Source: Folioceros fuciformis
Taxonomy: Eukaryota
NCBI GenBank assembly: GCA_049999805.1
Contig: JBNGIO010006379.1
Span: 670,546-703,413 of the forward strand
DNA length: 32,868 nt
Direction: 5' to 3'
Shown here: piece by piece, positions 1-11,895 of the stretch
How positions within the stretch are numbered: position 1 is the stretch's first letter
How the letters are laid out: each line of letters begins with the position of its first letter
Program-made: the position numbers and the translations under genes
Notes under the pieces: model-generated
Database searches by the model: none
Told to the model about the DNA's origin: nothing
Seen by the model: the letters and a program-made list of their open reading frames with translations, nothing else

Positions 1-110
1 CATGGTTCGGACAAACGGACAGCTTTCGTGTGCTACTTGTGCAACTCGAATGCAAGCGTCAGGGCTCTGAATTTGACGGCTGTTGCGCCGATTGCTGATT
101 CGGTTCACAG

Positions 111-1599
111 AGACCAGTTTCAGTACCAATTCTCCGGGTGAATCAATACGATGCCGTCAGACTTGATCTGGAGATGGCTGGCATGCTCAAGGAGCAGCTC
201 ATGAAAGTTTTTTCTCTGTCACAGGTACGCGCTACTGCTGCAGAGGTAGGGTAGGAGCGGTCACTCGTGCTGCTCATTCTTGTGTTGCATCTGCAAGCGC
301 TTAGTGCTGGGTTTCTCATACATATGTTCTGGGTGGAATTCCCGTTTCTTCTGGTGGGCTGGTGACGCTCTAATTTGTGCAGCCAGGTCTCCTGTCTCGT
401 TACGAACCAGAGCTGAATGCGTTTCTGGGAGCACTCATATGGAGATTCTCTATCTGGGTGGACCGTCCTACTCCTGGTAATGCTCTCATGAATTTGCGAT
501 ATCGAGATGAACGGGGTTACCACATCCTTGCAGCAGCTGGAAAAGGTAGGTAGCCATTCTCGTTTCTGGCCTGTTGCATCCCAGGGGGGTGTGGTTGATT
601 TCCTGATTACACCCATTTCCTGTTTTCGGCCTGCACAGTGAGAACCGGACTTGAAGGACCAGGCCTCACGAAGTTTCAAAAGATTTGCTACTGCTTGGCC
701 ATGGTCGGTTGCCGTTATGGATTGGCTCGACTTCAAATGTTCTCTGCTTTTCAAAGATGGGGTGATGGTGCACAGGTTCAATATCGACACACGTGTTTAT
801 CATACCATGTCTGGTGAGTGTCGTGGTCAGTAGAGTTTCTGATGTACTGCCTTTCATGTGTGGCAGAATTCATGGACGCGCTGGGCTTGGGGTTTGGTGC
901 AGAAGCTGGAAAAGGTATGCAACGTCGCCAATTTTTTGAACCACCTCGTCTTCCTGTACTCTGGAAGGTGAGTTTCATCTGTCCCTCAAGGCATGTTCTC
1001 ATGCTCTTCCGAGTTGAATGGCGCGAAATAACTTGTGCTGAAACCAGGTACCCTACCCTTGTGGAGAGGCTATTGAGAGCACGCTTGGTTTATGAACGAC
1101 CTACCATGAACAGAGCTGTGAGCTTCGAGTATATGAATCGGCAGTTGGTCTGGCATGAATTCTCGGTATGTTCTGGTTCTCAGGCCCAGTGTTGATCTGC
1201 ATGTCTTAAGGGCAATACAATCAAAAGCGTTCTTCTCCGAACTGAAAGGATTGATTGTTGTTGAAATATGTGCAGGAACTACTGTTGCTATTCCTACCGT
1301 TGCTGAACGTCTTGTCCATGAGGAAGCTCGCATTCCCTTTTCTGAATGGGCACTCTTCTGTTGCCAATCTTCCCGAGGATGCATGTCCCATCTGTGAAGA
1401 GAGGCACATAGCCGTGACTGTTGCTGCTCTTCCTTGTGGGCATCTGTACTGCTACTATTGCTTGCGGACGCGGTGCATAGCAAACTCCTCGTACCGTTGT
1501 GTGAGATGCAATGCCGGTATTCTAGCTATGAGGCGTCACCATCAAGCAGTGAGCATTCCGAGGTCAGAGAGTGAACTGATGAGACCAGCTGTAGGTTGA
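111..1599 (+). CDS. PEX2: Peroxisome biogenesis RING-finger protein PEX2 (first exon lies upstream of the window)
   Basis: GT-AG exons 111-224, 383-545, 639-775, 867-967, 1048-1165, 1276-1599. They give ILRVNQYDAVRLDLEMAGMLKEQL, FSIWVDRPTPGNALMNLRYRDER, RTGLEGPGLT, RAVSFEYMNRQLVWHEFSE and a C-terminal RING (CPIC..LPCGHLYCYYCLRTRC..CVRC), all matching plant PEX2. Confidence 0.95.
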
Positions 1600-1872
1600 G
1601 GGCCGAACCTATTAGTGGTGGGCGTTAGCTGCTTAGATCAAGGGGCTGTTCTGTCTAATGTTTGCGAGGCAGAAACCTCAGTAGGATCATTTGTTGTCCC
1701 ATTATTCATTATCAAAAAATAACGAGCAAGCCACTGCAGCATGGATGGAGAGTTGTATTGAATAATAGACAGGGCAGTGGCTGGCTGCGTTCCGTCAGTC
1801 CTCAAAAGTATATCAACATGAAAAGGCCTGGCGGTTGGTGTGGAGGTGCAATCTGGGCTGCTGATCAAAGCA

Positions 1873-3824
1873 TCATGGTCTGATGGGAAAACCGACTGGA
1901 ATGACATAATGCTCTTTCATGGAGGGTTCCCTAACTAGAGTGGAGGAGGAGGAGGAGTCCCTGACAACGGGCGAGTCTCCACTGATGACACTCAACGGAA
2001 TGTCATCGGAGTTGTCTCGGTTGATGATATGGCCAGCGTCGATCATTCCTTGCGCCTGATCCACGGTGAGCAGCAACAGAATGGATGCAGATAGCAGCAT
2101 AACCGCGGCATATAGGAAGGAGTATCTTAGGTCTAATGAAGACTGCAGGAAGAAGGAGACGGCGAGCGAGCCCACCCAGGTCCCAGCCTGGTGCACAAGT
2201 CCGTAGAGGGAAAACATGAGGCCCTGTTGCCGCTGCGGGACACAGTCCAGGAACAGGGTGCGAGAGAAGGACATGAGGGCTCCGGAGCAAAAGCCATAGC
2301 AGGCCGCCATGGCGTAGGCCTCCCACTGGTGGTGCAGCCCAACGGAGTCCTGAGCCGTCACAAACCCTAGGACGGCATAGCACGCCGTGATGGTCATGAC
2401 GGTGAGAATGTTGGCGATGACGACGGTGCTGTCAAAGCCTGCCCAGTGCTGCAGCCAACCGAACAAGGGACACCCCAGCACCGCAGATAGGGACACCACC
2501 AAAGCCATCACCACCGTCTCCCTGTTGCTCATACACAGCGTCTCCCTCCCATACAAGACTGTGGCCTGGAACAGGCTGGTGCTCCCATTGGTGAAGACGA
2601 AGAGCGCAGCCATGATCCAGAATGCGTACTTGAGTCTGCCGCATTCCGTCCGCAGGTACCATAGATTCTGCCACCCCAGCCCCCACTTAAACACGGTGTC
2701 CGGGAAGGGTGGCCCGCGGTAGCACCGCAACCAGGATACCGCGGGGAAGGTCCACAAAGCCCACCAAAGCCCTGCAATGGTGATGGACGCTCGGAAGGCG
2801 AAGGCGTCCGTGAGGCCGGGGATGTATGCCACGCTACCGTAAGCCAAGAGCACGGCCAAAAACCCCCCAACGTTCCCGAATGTGGCTCCTGCGAGCGACA
2901 CCGACCCCACGATGTGCAGCCTGGCCAGCTCCTGTTTCCATGACAGGCACACACATGAGGAGCCGGCAGCCAAATGGCGACGCAGACAAGAAGGAACGCG
3001 GAGGAACTCCAGCAACTAACTACCTGATCCCTGTTGCTGGTGCCCACCATGAGGCTGTGGCGCAGGTCGGGCAGGCCCTTGGTGAGCGGGAGCAGGAAGG
3101 AGTTGTACACGACAATCGCCTGGCCGAAGGCCACATCCGACACGACGAAGAGCAGTACAGCCGTCCACCACAAAGTGGCTTTGTACAGATTGATGGAGAG
3201 CATGACGGCAGCCACGCCTACACCGGTGGACACCGCCAGCAGGCTCTTCTTCCCGGTACCATGGTCGATGAGCGGGCTGAGGGTGACGAATGCCAACAGC
3301 TGGAACACGAGCACCACGCCCAGCAGGACGGTGAGCAGGGAGTAGGGACTGAGCTCGAGCGCGCCCCCGAGACTGACCCGGACGGAGGGCAATTCCGCCA
3401 TGCTTCCCTCGGGGCCCCGGTAGCGGTATCCGTCCCCGAGCACGCACACGGCGCAGTCGGCGGTGACGTTCCCCCCGCACTGCGCCGCAGAGAAGTCGGG
3501 GGACGGGAAGGCTGCGATGTCGTTGCCCTGCTGGTGCAGCGAGGCCCTGGTGGCCAGCCACACGATGAGCAGCGGGTAGAAGACGACGACGACGCCGCAG
3601 CGGTAGGCGGCGGCCCCGAAGTCGTACATGTACCAGCCCCATAGCTCCCAGTCGGTCGTGTCCTTAAAGGACCTGGAGACGGAGGAGGAGTCGGCGTCCA
3701 AGGTGAGCGTGTCGTGGTACTCCGGCGAGTCGCCTGTGTTGGGCCTGGAGTTGTACATTTTGCTGGACGAGGAGGCTCCCGAGATGCGCGAATTGGAAGG
3801 CGTCCCGGACTCGATTTCGGCCAT
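1873..3824 (-). CDS. ATG22: ATG22/UMF1-family major facilitator superfamily transporter, about 619 aa
   Basis: Exon 1 (3024-3824) and exon 2 (1873-2931) join in frame through a 92-nt GT-AG intron (2932-3023). Family-like motifs are LWGWYMYDFG, LSPLIDHG..KK, VVYNSFL and GALMSFSRTLF..CVP..QQG.MFSLYG. There are many hydrophobic segments, and the ATG context is GCCATGG. Confidence 0.8.
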
Positions 3825-5658
3825 GGCCGGGAGAAGGCGAGCTCAATCCCCGCTCGCAGGCGCAGGCTCAGGCTCAGGCTCTGCCTCTGGCCCAGGTCCG
3901 ACCATGTGGTGATCTGCTGGGCGGAGCGCGGAGGGCGGGAACGGGACGGGCGCGTGCTGTAGACTGGAGGAGCGCGCGGGAAGGCAGCATCGCGGACCCG
4001 GGGGCTGGGGCTTTGCCAGCCTCGGCCTCAGGTCCAGGGTGGCAACGGAAATACTTTGTTTTCCCGGAGACGGGTGCGCGGGGGGAGCCAGATCCTGAGG
4101 CCCTGCTTCTGTCCTGCATTCAGGGCCCGGAGTCATCATTCCAGAAGGGCACCACGCAGTACCCTCGTACCGAGAGCGCACAGCAGTCTGCAGCCCGAGT
4201 CTATGGATGATGAGAGGGAGGGAAGGAAGGAAGGAAGCAGGTCCGGTTGGCCAATGCGCCAGAGCTCTTCAGGCGAGGTACAGGACATGGGCGCCTTGTT
4301 TCTGGTGTGCAAAAGTAAAGCTGTTGCAGCCAGTTGTCAGAAGCGTGGTGTACATAGCACACTCATGATGTGAGAGAGGCCCGAGGGGGTGGCTCGTTTG
4401 CAGCGCCGCATTCACCCTTCGGTTTCTCCGAACTGCATACTGTAGTGGATACCATACCCACAGCCGCGCGCTCTTCTGATGATGGACTCGCGCACACTGG
4501 GGGTACAGTTCCCGTTCCCTGTCTTTCCACCCCCTTACTTTCCGGCGGATTGCATTATCCACTCGGGACGATCGTGAAGTGGTGCGGATCCTTTCCCCCC
4601 TGTAACAAACAACAGTGGAAGGAAGGACGGAACGATCATGAGTTCACAGGTAGATATCTACCTGCGCCGTTGTTCGCCATTGCCATAGCACTTTCCTTTA
4701 CCCTCGTCCGGCGGCCCAGACTCCCTGCTGCAGCACAACGCAACGTCCGACAGAAAGTACCATCAGGGCCGGCTGGAAAGGACCAGCCACCCTGCAGTGC
4801 CACACAATCGGCTGCCATTCAGAGGATGCAGCGGCCGAAACATAGGAACAAGCACCTATGGTCCACATGGCCGCACGTCTTCCGTTGCTACTGACGATTT
4901 TCGTCTTCCACCTGGCTGCAGCATGTAAGTCTGCCATGCATCTTTGCCTCTTGAAACTCTTCCCTCCAAATTTGACCTCAACATCGCGTGGCCTAAAACA
5001 AACACGCTCCAAATGTAACTTACGAGGACAACCCCAGGCCATGTCTGGTGAGCCCTCCGCTCATCCGCAACTGTCTAACGAGCGGGCACCCATCATGCTG
5101 GGTGATGAGCAGCTTTCCACATGCCTCTGGCATGTAACGGTCCTCTGCAGCGCACGCCACTTATCAAAGGAACCCTACCTGATGGACGCTTTGTGAGCGA
5201 GGCACTAGAGTTACAGCCTCTGCAAATACCTGGCCCAGCCCTTCTCTCACCATTTCAGCTCAGCACACACACTTTGCTGCTGGTGAGCTTGCAGGAACAC
5301 GAACGGAAAAAAGATCCAAAATAATGCCAAGATTTCGCCATAGCAACGCAAAAAGAAAGCCACCACACAAATTCGGACAACAGCTATGATACCAGCTACT
5401 CTACACGTTGCTGCTGCAAGGCAGCTGTGATTCCTTCAGACTCGTTGCTGGCCTGGAGAGTTCCAAACTAAACAGGGTTAGAGCAAGCTGCATCCACAGA
5501 GAGTAATCTGCTGGCTGAACCCGCTAGAGGTGGGGTGATCGGTCAAAACCAAAAAAGATTTACAAATGTCTAGGAGCTGCCAGATCCCCACAAGAGACGG
5601 GTCCCAACTACCTCACTATCTACACACAATGAACTCCTGTGAAAAAAGAGTACGCCCT

Positions 5659-6965
5659 TCAGACAGAATTCGGCGCCTGGTCCAGTGTTCCGGTTGACTT
5701 GAGCATCTTCTTGATAAACAGAGCAATGATTGCAATACTTATCGCAATTGCCAAAAACGTCAATCCTCGATCATTAGACGATCGAGGTCTTGCTACCACT
5801 GCTTCACCAGTAGCGGTCCTTGACTCCCCTGCACTCGCTGGCCTATCAACAACTTCTACATTTCCAACTTGCTGGCCGGCTGGGGCCCTGGTCGCAAGCC
5901 TAAACCCTGCGCTGAAACTCACTGCAATTGGCCCAGCATTTGCATTCACATGCACCTCGTGCAGGTTCTCAACCATCTCTTGATCACTGTCCCCATCAGT
6001 TCCTGAGTCATCGTCCTCTGCCACGTTTTCCTGTTCAACCAAAGGAGTGGATGGGGCCACGGCTAGCAGCTCAGGTATTGGAGGCGATTTCTTCAGCAAC
6101 TGTTCATGAATCTGCACATACGACGAGAGAGACAGTAAGAAAAAACTCCCCCAACCGCGACCTGGCAAACTTGCACTAATTAACCTGCTCACCTCATTCA
6201 TCAACTTCTGTCGCTCGGCATTCCCAAACTTGGGAGCAGCTGCCCGGGACTTGACGGCAAGAGCATGCCTTTCCTCCTTAGTATAATCCAATGAACCCAA
6301 TGCTCCATCTGGCTTCGTTGGCATGAATGCTATTAGCGCCACCAAAGCTGTGCGAACTGGGGACAGTGCATGACAATTCAATCAAACATGACAGCTCGTG
6401 GTCAAACAACCAAACCCTATTTCTGAAGTATGCACAGGAAACGTGCACACGAGTTGCTCACCACTCCAAGAAGGCTGCCAGTGTTCTGGGTGATGTTGCG
6501 AAATACTCAAACAAATCTTAGTTTGGGTCTCAAACCTCCCGTTCGGCTGCAAGCATGTGAATCATGGCGGTCAGGTTACCAGGCCCGTATATGTAGCTTC
6601 CCTACACAAAAAAAAGCTGCGCAGAAACATGTGCGTTTACCGTCAAAAGCATGAAGGCAGGAGGCTTGAAAGGATACTCAGGAGGGAGTTGAATCCGGCC
6701 GTGATAAATGCCTCCCTCAAATTCGGTGTCCTGTGGCCCTCGAATAGCGAAGTGCCACTCAAAAATGTTACCCTGAAAGGCCACCGCGCGTCAGCTTCTC
6801 CAGGCTCAACTAGCTGGCTCAATTGACAGACACAGCTGCACCGGAGGACCTAACCTCTAACGGTAGGCTGGCGTAGTCATCGCTGGGATCATTTTGCATT
6901 TCCTTCACCTCCTGCAAAATACGCTTCACTGCAGGATTCCGCATGTTATACCGCTCTTCCGCCAT
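5659..6965 (-). CDS. UBC32: ER-anchored ubiquitin-conjugating enzyme E2 (UBC32/UBE2J1 type)
   Basis: Exons 6855-6965, 6641-6772, 6462-6546, 6193-6356, 5659-6111 give MAEERYNMRNPAVKRILQEVKEM..NIFEWHFAIRGP..YHGRIQLPPEYPFKPP..PNGRFETQTKICLSISQHHPEHWQPSWSVRTAL, followed by a C-terminal TM anchor (LTFLAIAISIAIIALFI). Confidence 0.95.
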
Positions 6966-7384
6966 GCTTCAGTCGGATACTTCACAAGTTGCCGTCGAGG
7001 ATGAAATGACGAGAGCGGGACGAGGCCAGGAAATTGGTACACCAGGATTCGCAGATGCTAACCAGACCCGTGGACGTCAGAAATCCTTCCCACGATTCCA
7101 CACAACGCTCAGAATGGAGCAGTCTCAAGAGCCGCCGATAGCGGATGTCTTCAACCCCTGTCGGCAGACCGCATGCCGTACCACGCCCCAGACTGCCACA
7201 CATCTCTGGTTCTGCCTTCACTCTGTGTCGTTCTGCTGGAAAAGCTTCCCCAACGCGTTTCGTTGGGCGTTTCCTACGCACACCATGAATCACGATATGA
7301 CTAGCCACCAACTGCGCTTGCGACTCCCATCCCTGAATATGTAGCCCTCTTTAACCCTAGTTTTCCTCGATCTGGGCGTTCCTT

Positions 7385-9480
7385 AATCCCACCCTATTCT
7401 GAGTTTTGAGTGTAAAATTATTTTTTTTGGACTTAAATTTGAATGCTTAGCTAAAGTAGAATGTGAAAAGTGTTCACTAATGTAAAGGGAAACAAGTCCT
7501 TTGTTAAGAAAGGAGAAAGGCACAAAGGTAGAGAAAAGAGTCGTAGACCGCGAAACCAGTTTTGCATGTAACAGTAGGTATATGAAGTAAATTGGAAGAT
7601 TAGTCTCTATTAGAATAAGGTTTAGCCCCTGTTTAAGCAACAGCTTTTATAAAACGAATAGGATATTTGGTCACCGCACCTTTTGAGCACAGCTCTGGCT
7701 GGATGTGGTTATGCCTAGGGTGATCTAAAGAGGTTGGTCGTTTTACATGTTCAAGGCGAGCATGAAAGGATAGAGAGCCTAGCACTCGTTGCTTTGGCAC
7801 ATCTATCATCTCCCACCAAATCTCAGCGTCCCTTGTACTGTCATGCTCTTGAGTTGACATTGAAGAACTCTCTCCACGGTTATCTTATGGAAGATATGCG
7901 TAGGTGATTATTCTCTTCTTATAGGTTATCTATTCTGTTTCGGTTTGTTTATGGTGAACTAGAGGAACCCTCCACCCAAAGAAATATCATGATATGCCTC
8001 TCATTGGCGTACAGACCACCTTGTATTGTATTGTATTGCTCCCAGATTTGTATGATATGATTTGATTCACCTCCTGCCTTATGGTTTCTTGCTTCACTTA
8101 TCAGGCTGCTGGGATCTGATGGGCCATCAGCCTCCACGACCTTCGCTTTGCTGAAGCCTTTTGAACATCATCTCATTCGGCGGCTACGCTCAAAAACAAA
8201 GTAGCACCTGCTATGGTGTCTATTCCAGGGAATAGGAATCAAATTCATGAACAAATTGATTCTTAATTGACCATAGATCGTGCTCGTAGTCGTTTTTTTA
8301 GCCACCGGTTTACTGCAATAGGAGTGCTCTATGGTAAGTCTGAAGAAGAGCCTTGTTCTGTTTTCACTCCTCTTGGGAGGAGCTTAAAGACTCACTCATT
8401 TGTTCCACAACTTTGGAGTAGGAGTAGTTACCTTGATGAAACTTACAGCCTAAACCCTAGACCCTAAACCTTTCTAAACTTTGGTTTGAGTGCCAAGGCC
8501 AGTGAATGGGTACTGAGAACATGCAACCTTTCTAGTTTTTGGTTTGAATGCCAAGGCCATTGCTAGTGCATCTGTGTTTGCCTTAAGTTTGTATAAAAAC
8601 AAGGTCTCCATACAAGTAAAGGAGGCTGCTGAAACAAGTTCTCCATTGAAGTAGAGATGGCTTCTGAAACAAGGTCTATACTGAAGAAGAGATGGCTTTT
8701 GAAACAAAGTATGAGATGGCTTTTGAAACAAAGTATGAGATGGCTTTTGCAACAAAGTATGAGATGGCTTTTGCAACAAAGTATGAGATGGCTTTTGAAA
8801 CAAAGCCTCCATTGAAGTAGAGACGACTGTTGGTCTTTAGCCTTTTGAGGAAGAAAATAATTGATGTTCTTGAAAAGTCCTGAATTTGCATTTCATTTGT
8901 GTTTATGCAAACATCTAAGACTTGTTTTTGAACACACAACGTTCAAAGATTAAAAATATTATATTTAAGTCACAGATCAACTTTACTTAGGTAGAATTAA
9001 CCACCAAACTTAACACACATTCTTACTAATTTTTGATTGTATCACTTTGGACTAAAAGGATTTATTAAACAAGTCAGTAAAGTATGAAATGTCTTGAGAA
9101 CTTTAAAGTTAAAAAAAAGGTTTCAGTCATGGGCGAAAAATTATTTGTGGAGATCTTAGGGTGGCATCTTTGAGAAGTGTACTTCAAAATATAGAAAATA
9201 TACCCTAAAAAAAATATGAGGCCTACTATATAATGATCTCCATCTTTAAATAGTGTACCTAAAAATATGTAATTTATAAGATACCTACATATACCATAGT
9301 TTATAATATATGACACTGAATACTGACATTGAATACCCTTCTGGAGAGTACAATGAATGCCTTTCTTGGCAGGACATAACAATCAGTGCCCTTACTTGCA
9401 GACATGGCAATGAACGGCTTTGTCTTTAGCGGGACATCACATATTTTTAATAGGGGTGTTGAGCAACACCGTCCGAAATT
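7385..9480. other. AT-rich intergenic island, possibly decayed transposon sequence
   Basis: GC drops sharply relative to the flanking genes. It contains a minisatellite and CCCTAAA-like motifs at 8449-8470, but no recognisable transposase or RT motif. Confidence 0.35.
8641..8825. repeat. 24-bp minisatellite (GAGATGGCTTTTG[A/C]AACAAAGTAT), about 5-6 units, bounded by a duplicated CTCCATTGAAGTAGAGA
   Basis: Tandem units read directly at 8688-8805. The 17-mer occurs at about 8641 and 8807. Confidence 0.9.
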
Positions 9481-9600
9481 TCCTACTACCGTTTGTACCT
9501 TCCCCGATTTGGGATGAGTAAAGAAAGGCCCACCCACTCTGACATCGCCAGGAAATACATTGCTATAGGTTGGGGGGGACAGTATGCCCCCACACACCGT

Positions 9601-11895
9601 CTACAATCTTTTGCACATGTGCGAGTAACCTGCTTTCTTCAGTTCAGTGCGCAAAAATCTGAGTAGATTAACGATCATGATGTTGTACTGACGTTTGTGG
9701 TCACCCACAGCAAATGTATGTATCTGTTGCTTGTGCTCGATCCAGCTCTGGCCGGGCTTCTTGGTTGCGATAACACTCTGTCCGGACTGATCAACCCAAA
9801 ATGCAGACTCCCTCATTCCAGCATCAGCATATATGCTGGACATGAGCACGTACGCTGCTGCATGCCTGGGGTCCAAATCCATGACAGCATCGAAGGCACG
9901 CTTTGCGAGCACCACATTGCAATGCTTTCGACAAGCACTCAGCAGGCACAACCACACTGCCAGGTCAGGTGGCATTGGCATTTGCGAGACCATCTGTGCT
10001 GCACTGCTCAAGAGTCCTGCACGGCCCACCAGGTCGATCACACACGCATAATGATCCACCTCTGCAAAAATGCCATGATCTCTCGTCATGCTCTGGAAGT
10101 ATGCGAGGCCCCTGTCCACCATGCCAGCATGACTACATGCAGACAGGAGGGCTGTGAATGTGAGTGCGTTAGGCCTCACACCTGCTGTCTTCATGTGCTC
10201 GAAGCTTGCCATGCTCATCTTACTGTCACCCAGTCGTGCGTACCCACAGATCAGTGCTGTCCAGGGCACCACGTCTGGCTGGTGCAACGAGTCAAACACT
10301 CGTTGAGCATCCACCATGCTCCCACATTTGCCATATGCATGGATGAGGCTGGTTGCCATAGAGCTTTTGGATTCCAATCCATTGTTTACGATACCATGGT
10401 GGACTTGCGCACACACATCTAGCGCTCCTACACAGCTGCATGCTTCTAGCACTGACACAAATGTTGACTCATTCGACTTCACACCTTCTGCTTGCATCTG
10501 CCCATAGGCTTGGAGAGCCTTATCTCCTTGCTCCTGGTGCGCATAACCTGCAATCATGGCTGTCCATGACACCACATCGCGGTGTGAAAGCCTTTCAAAC
10601 ACCTGTTCCGCATCCTTGATGCTCCCGCATTTTGCGTACATGCTAACCAAAGAGTTGGCGACAAAGATGTCTCGTTCAAAGCCGCATGAACTTGCCCCAG
10701 CATGGATTTTCCTGCCCGTCTGCAGTGCCCTCACCTTCACATATTGCCCATCCACCATCATGCTTTCCTCCTTCCCTGCAAGGCTGCTGCAAGCTTGGAG
10801 AGCACTGACAAATGTCCTTGCGTTTGGCCTGACCCCGTCATTTTGCATCCTCACAAAGAGCTCCAGGGCTATGTCTCCTTGGTCCTGCTGGGCATTTGCT
10901 GCTATCATGGCAGTCCATGTCACAACATCACGCTGGGACAATTTTTCGAACACATGTTCCGCGTCCTTGATGCTCCCACACTTGGCGTACACGCTGACTA
11001 AAGTGTTGCCAACGAAGATATCGGTCTCAAATCCCCGAACTCTGGCGCTAGCATGTATTTCTCGTCCCTTCTGGAGGGATGACACCTTCAAAAACTGCCC
11101 ATCCACAAATGTGCAGTCCTCTGTATCCGCAAGACTGCCGCATGCTTGCAGAGCACTGACAAATGTTCTTGCTGTGGGCGTGATCCCTTCCAGTTGCATT
11201 CGCCGATATATTTCCAAAGCCTCAGCTCCTTGCTCCTGCTGTGCATGTGCCGTAAGTATTGCATTCCACGACACTACATCACGCTGGCACATTGCATCAA
11301 ACACCTGCTGAGCATCCTTGACGCTCCCACACTTGGCATACATGTTAACCAACGTGCTGCTAACAAACAAATCCGATCCGAACCCAAGTTTGAGAGCAAG
11401 AGCATGAATTTGCCTGCCTTGCTCAAGGTCTTCCAACTTGCTGCAGGCTTTCAGTAAGCTGACAAACGTATACCTGTTGGGCTGCACGCCTTCTCTTTTC
11501 ATCTGCTCAAAGAATGACAAAGCATCCTGGCACAGCCCCCTGTCGATATAACCTGAGATGATGGCTGTCCAAGACAAAATGCTTGGGTTCGGCAGCCTGT
11601 TGAATAGCTGGATCCCATCTTCAAGGCCCCCGCACTTCACCAACGTGGCCACGACAACGTCGCACACCCCTCTGTTAGTTTCCAGCCCATGTGCAACCAG
11701 CTGAGCATGAACCAACTTGGCCTGCGCGAGGCTTTTGCGTTTCATACACACCTGCAAAAGACTCCTGTACGTCTGAATAGAGGGCTTACTTCCCTGCTGG
11801 TCCCCTCGGAGCAGGGCAAACAGCTCCGTGCCCGCCCATGCCCAGGAGTCTAAGTCATGGGCAGATGAAGACGATGTTGTGCAACGGAAGGCCAT
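9601..11895 (-). CDS. Intronless PLS-class pentatricopeptide repeat protein, E+ subclass (organellar RNA-editing factor type)
   Basis: Repeated P-L-S motifs (DVVSWNAIL, TFVSALQAC, TLVNMYAKCGS), E motifs (HYACVIDLVGRAG, VWLCLLSACRKH) and a PG box (KKPGQSWIE..IHTFAVGD). It ends shortly after LKKAGY with no HxE/CxxC deaminase site. The first ATG is at 11895; the track start at 11901 is GTG. Confidence 0.95.
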   Translation of the reverse strand: MAFRCTTSSSSAHDLDSWAWAGTELFALLRGDQQGSKPSIQTYRSLLQVCMKRKSLAQAKLVHAQLVAHGLETNRGVCDVVVATLVKCGGLEDGIQLFNRLPNPSILSWTAIISGYIDRGLCQDALSFFEQMKREGVQPNRYTFVSLLKACSKLEDLEQGRQIHALALKLGFGSDLFVSSTLVNMYAKCGSVKDAQQVFDAMCQRDVVSWNAILTAHAQQEQGAEALEIYRRMQLEGITPTARTFVSALQACGSLADTEDCTFVDGQFLKVSSLQKGREIHASARVRGFETDIFVGNTLVSVYAKCGSIKDAEHVFEKLSQRDVVTWTAMIAANAQQDQGDIALELFVRMQNDGVRPNARTFVSALQACSSLAGKEESMMVDGQYVKVRALQTGRKIHAGASSCGFERDIFVANSLVSMYAKCGSIKDAEQVFERLSHRDVVSWTAMIAGYAHQEQGDKALQAYGQMQAEGVKSNESTFVSVLEACSCVGALDVCAQVHHGIVNNGLESKSSMATSLIHAYGKCGSMVDAQRVFDSLHQPDVVPWTALICGYARLGDSKMSMASFEHMKTAGVRPNALTFTALLSACSHAGMVDRGLAYFQSMTRDHGIFAEVDHYACVIDLVGRAGLLSSAAQMVSQMPMPPDLAVWLCLLSACRKHCNVVLAKRAFDAVMDLDPRHAAAYVLMSSIYADAGMRESAFWVDQSGQSVIATKKPGQSWIEHKQQIHTFAVGDHKRQYNIMIVNLLRFLRTELKKAGYSHMCKRL

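Noticed and set aside
2529-3023. Apparent frameshift between the two overlapping MFS ORFs
   Set aside because: Explained by a canonical 92-nt GT-AG intron at 2932-3023.
4200-5640. Several 60-170-aa ORFs and splice-like motifs between the ATG22-like gene and UBC32
   Set aside because: No recognisable protein motif or consistent exon chain. Probably UTR or promoter sequence.
8449-8470. CCTAAACCCTAGACCCTAAACC as an interstitial telomere
   Set aside because: Only about 3 degenerate units. Such motifs are common in plant repeats and promoters.
8641-8825. Regular repeats here and at 19433, 23513 and 30842 as possible CRISPR arrays
   Set aside because: They are head-to-tail units without unique spacers, in a eukaryotic context with no cas genes.
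9697-11457. Long plus-strand ORFs over the PPR gene (and 17747-18379 over CSN8, 2826-3644 over the MFS gene)
   Set aside because: Antisense shadows of genuine coding sequence.
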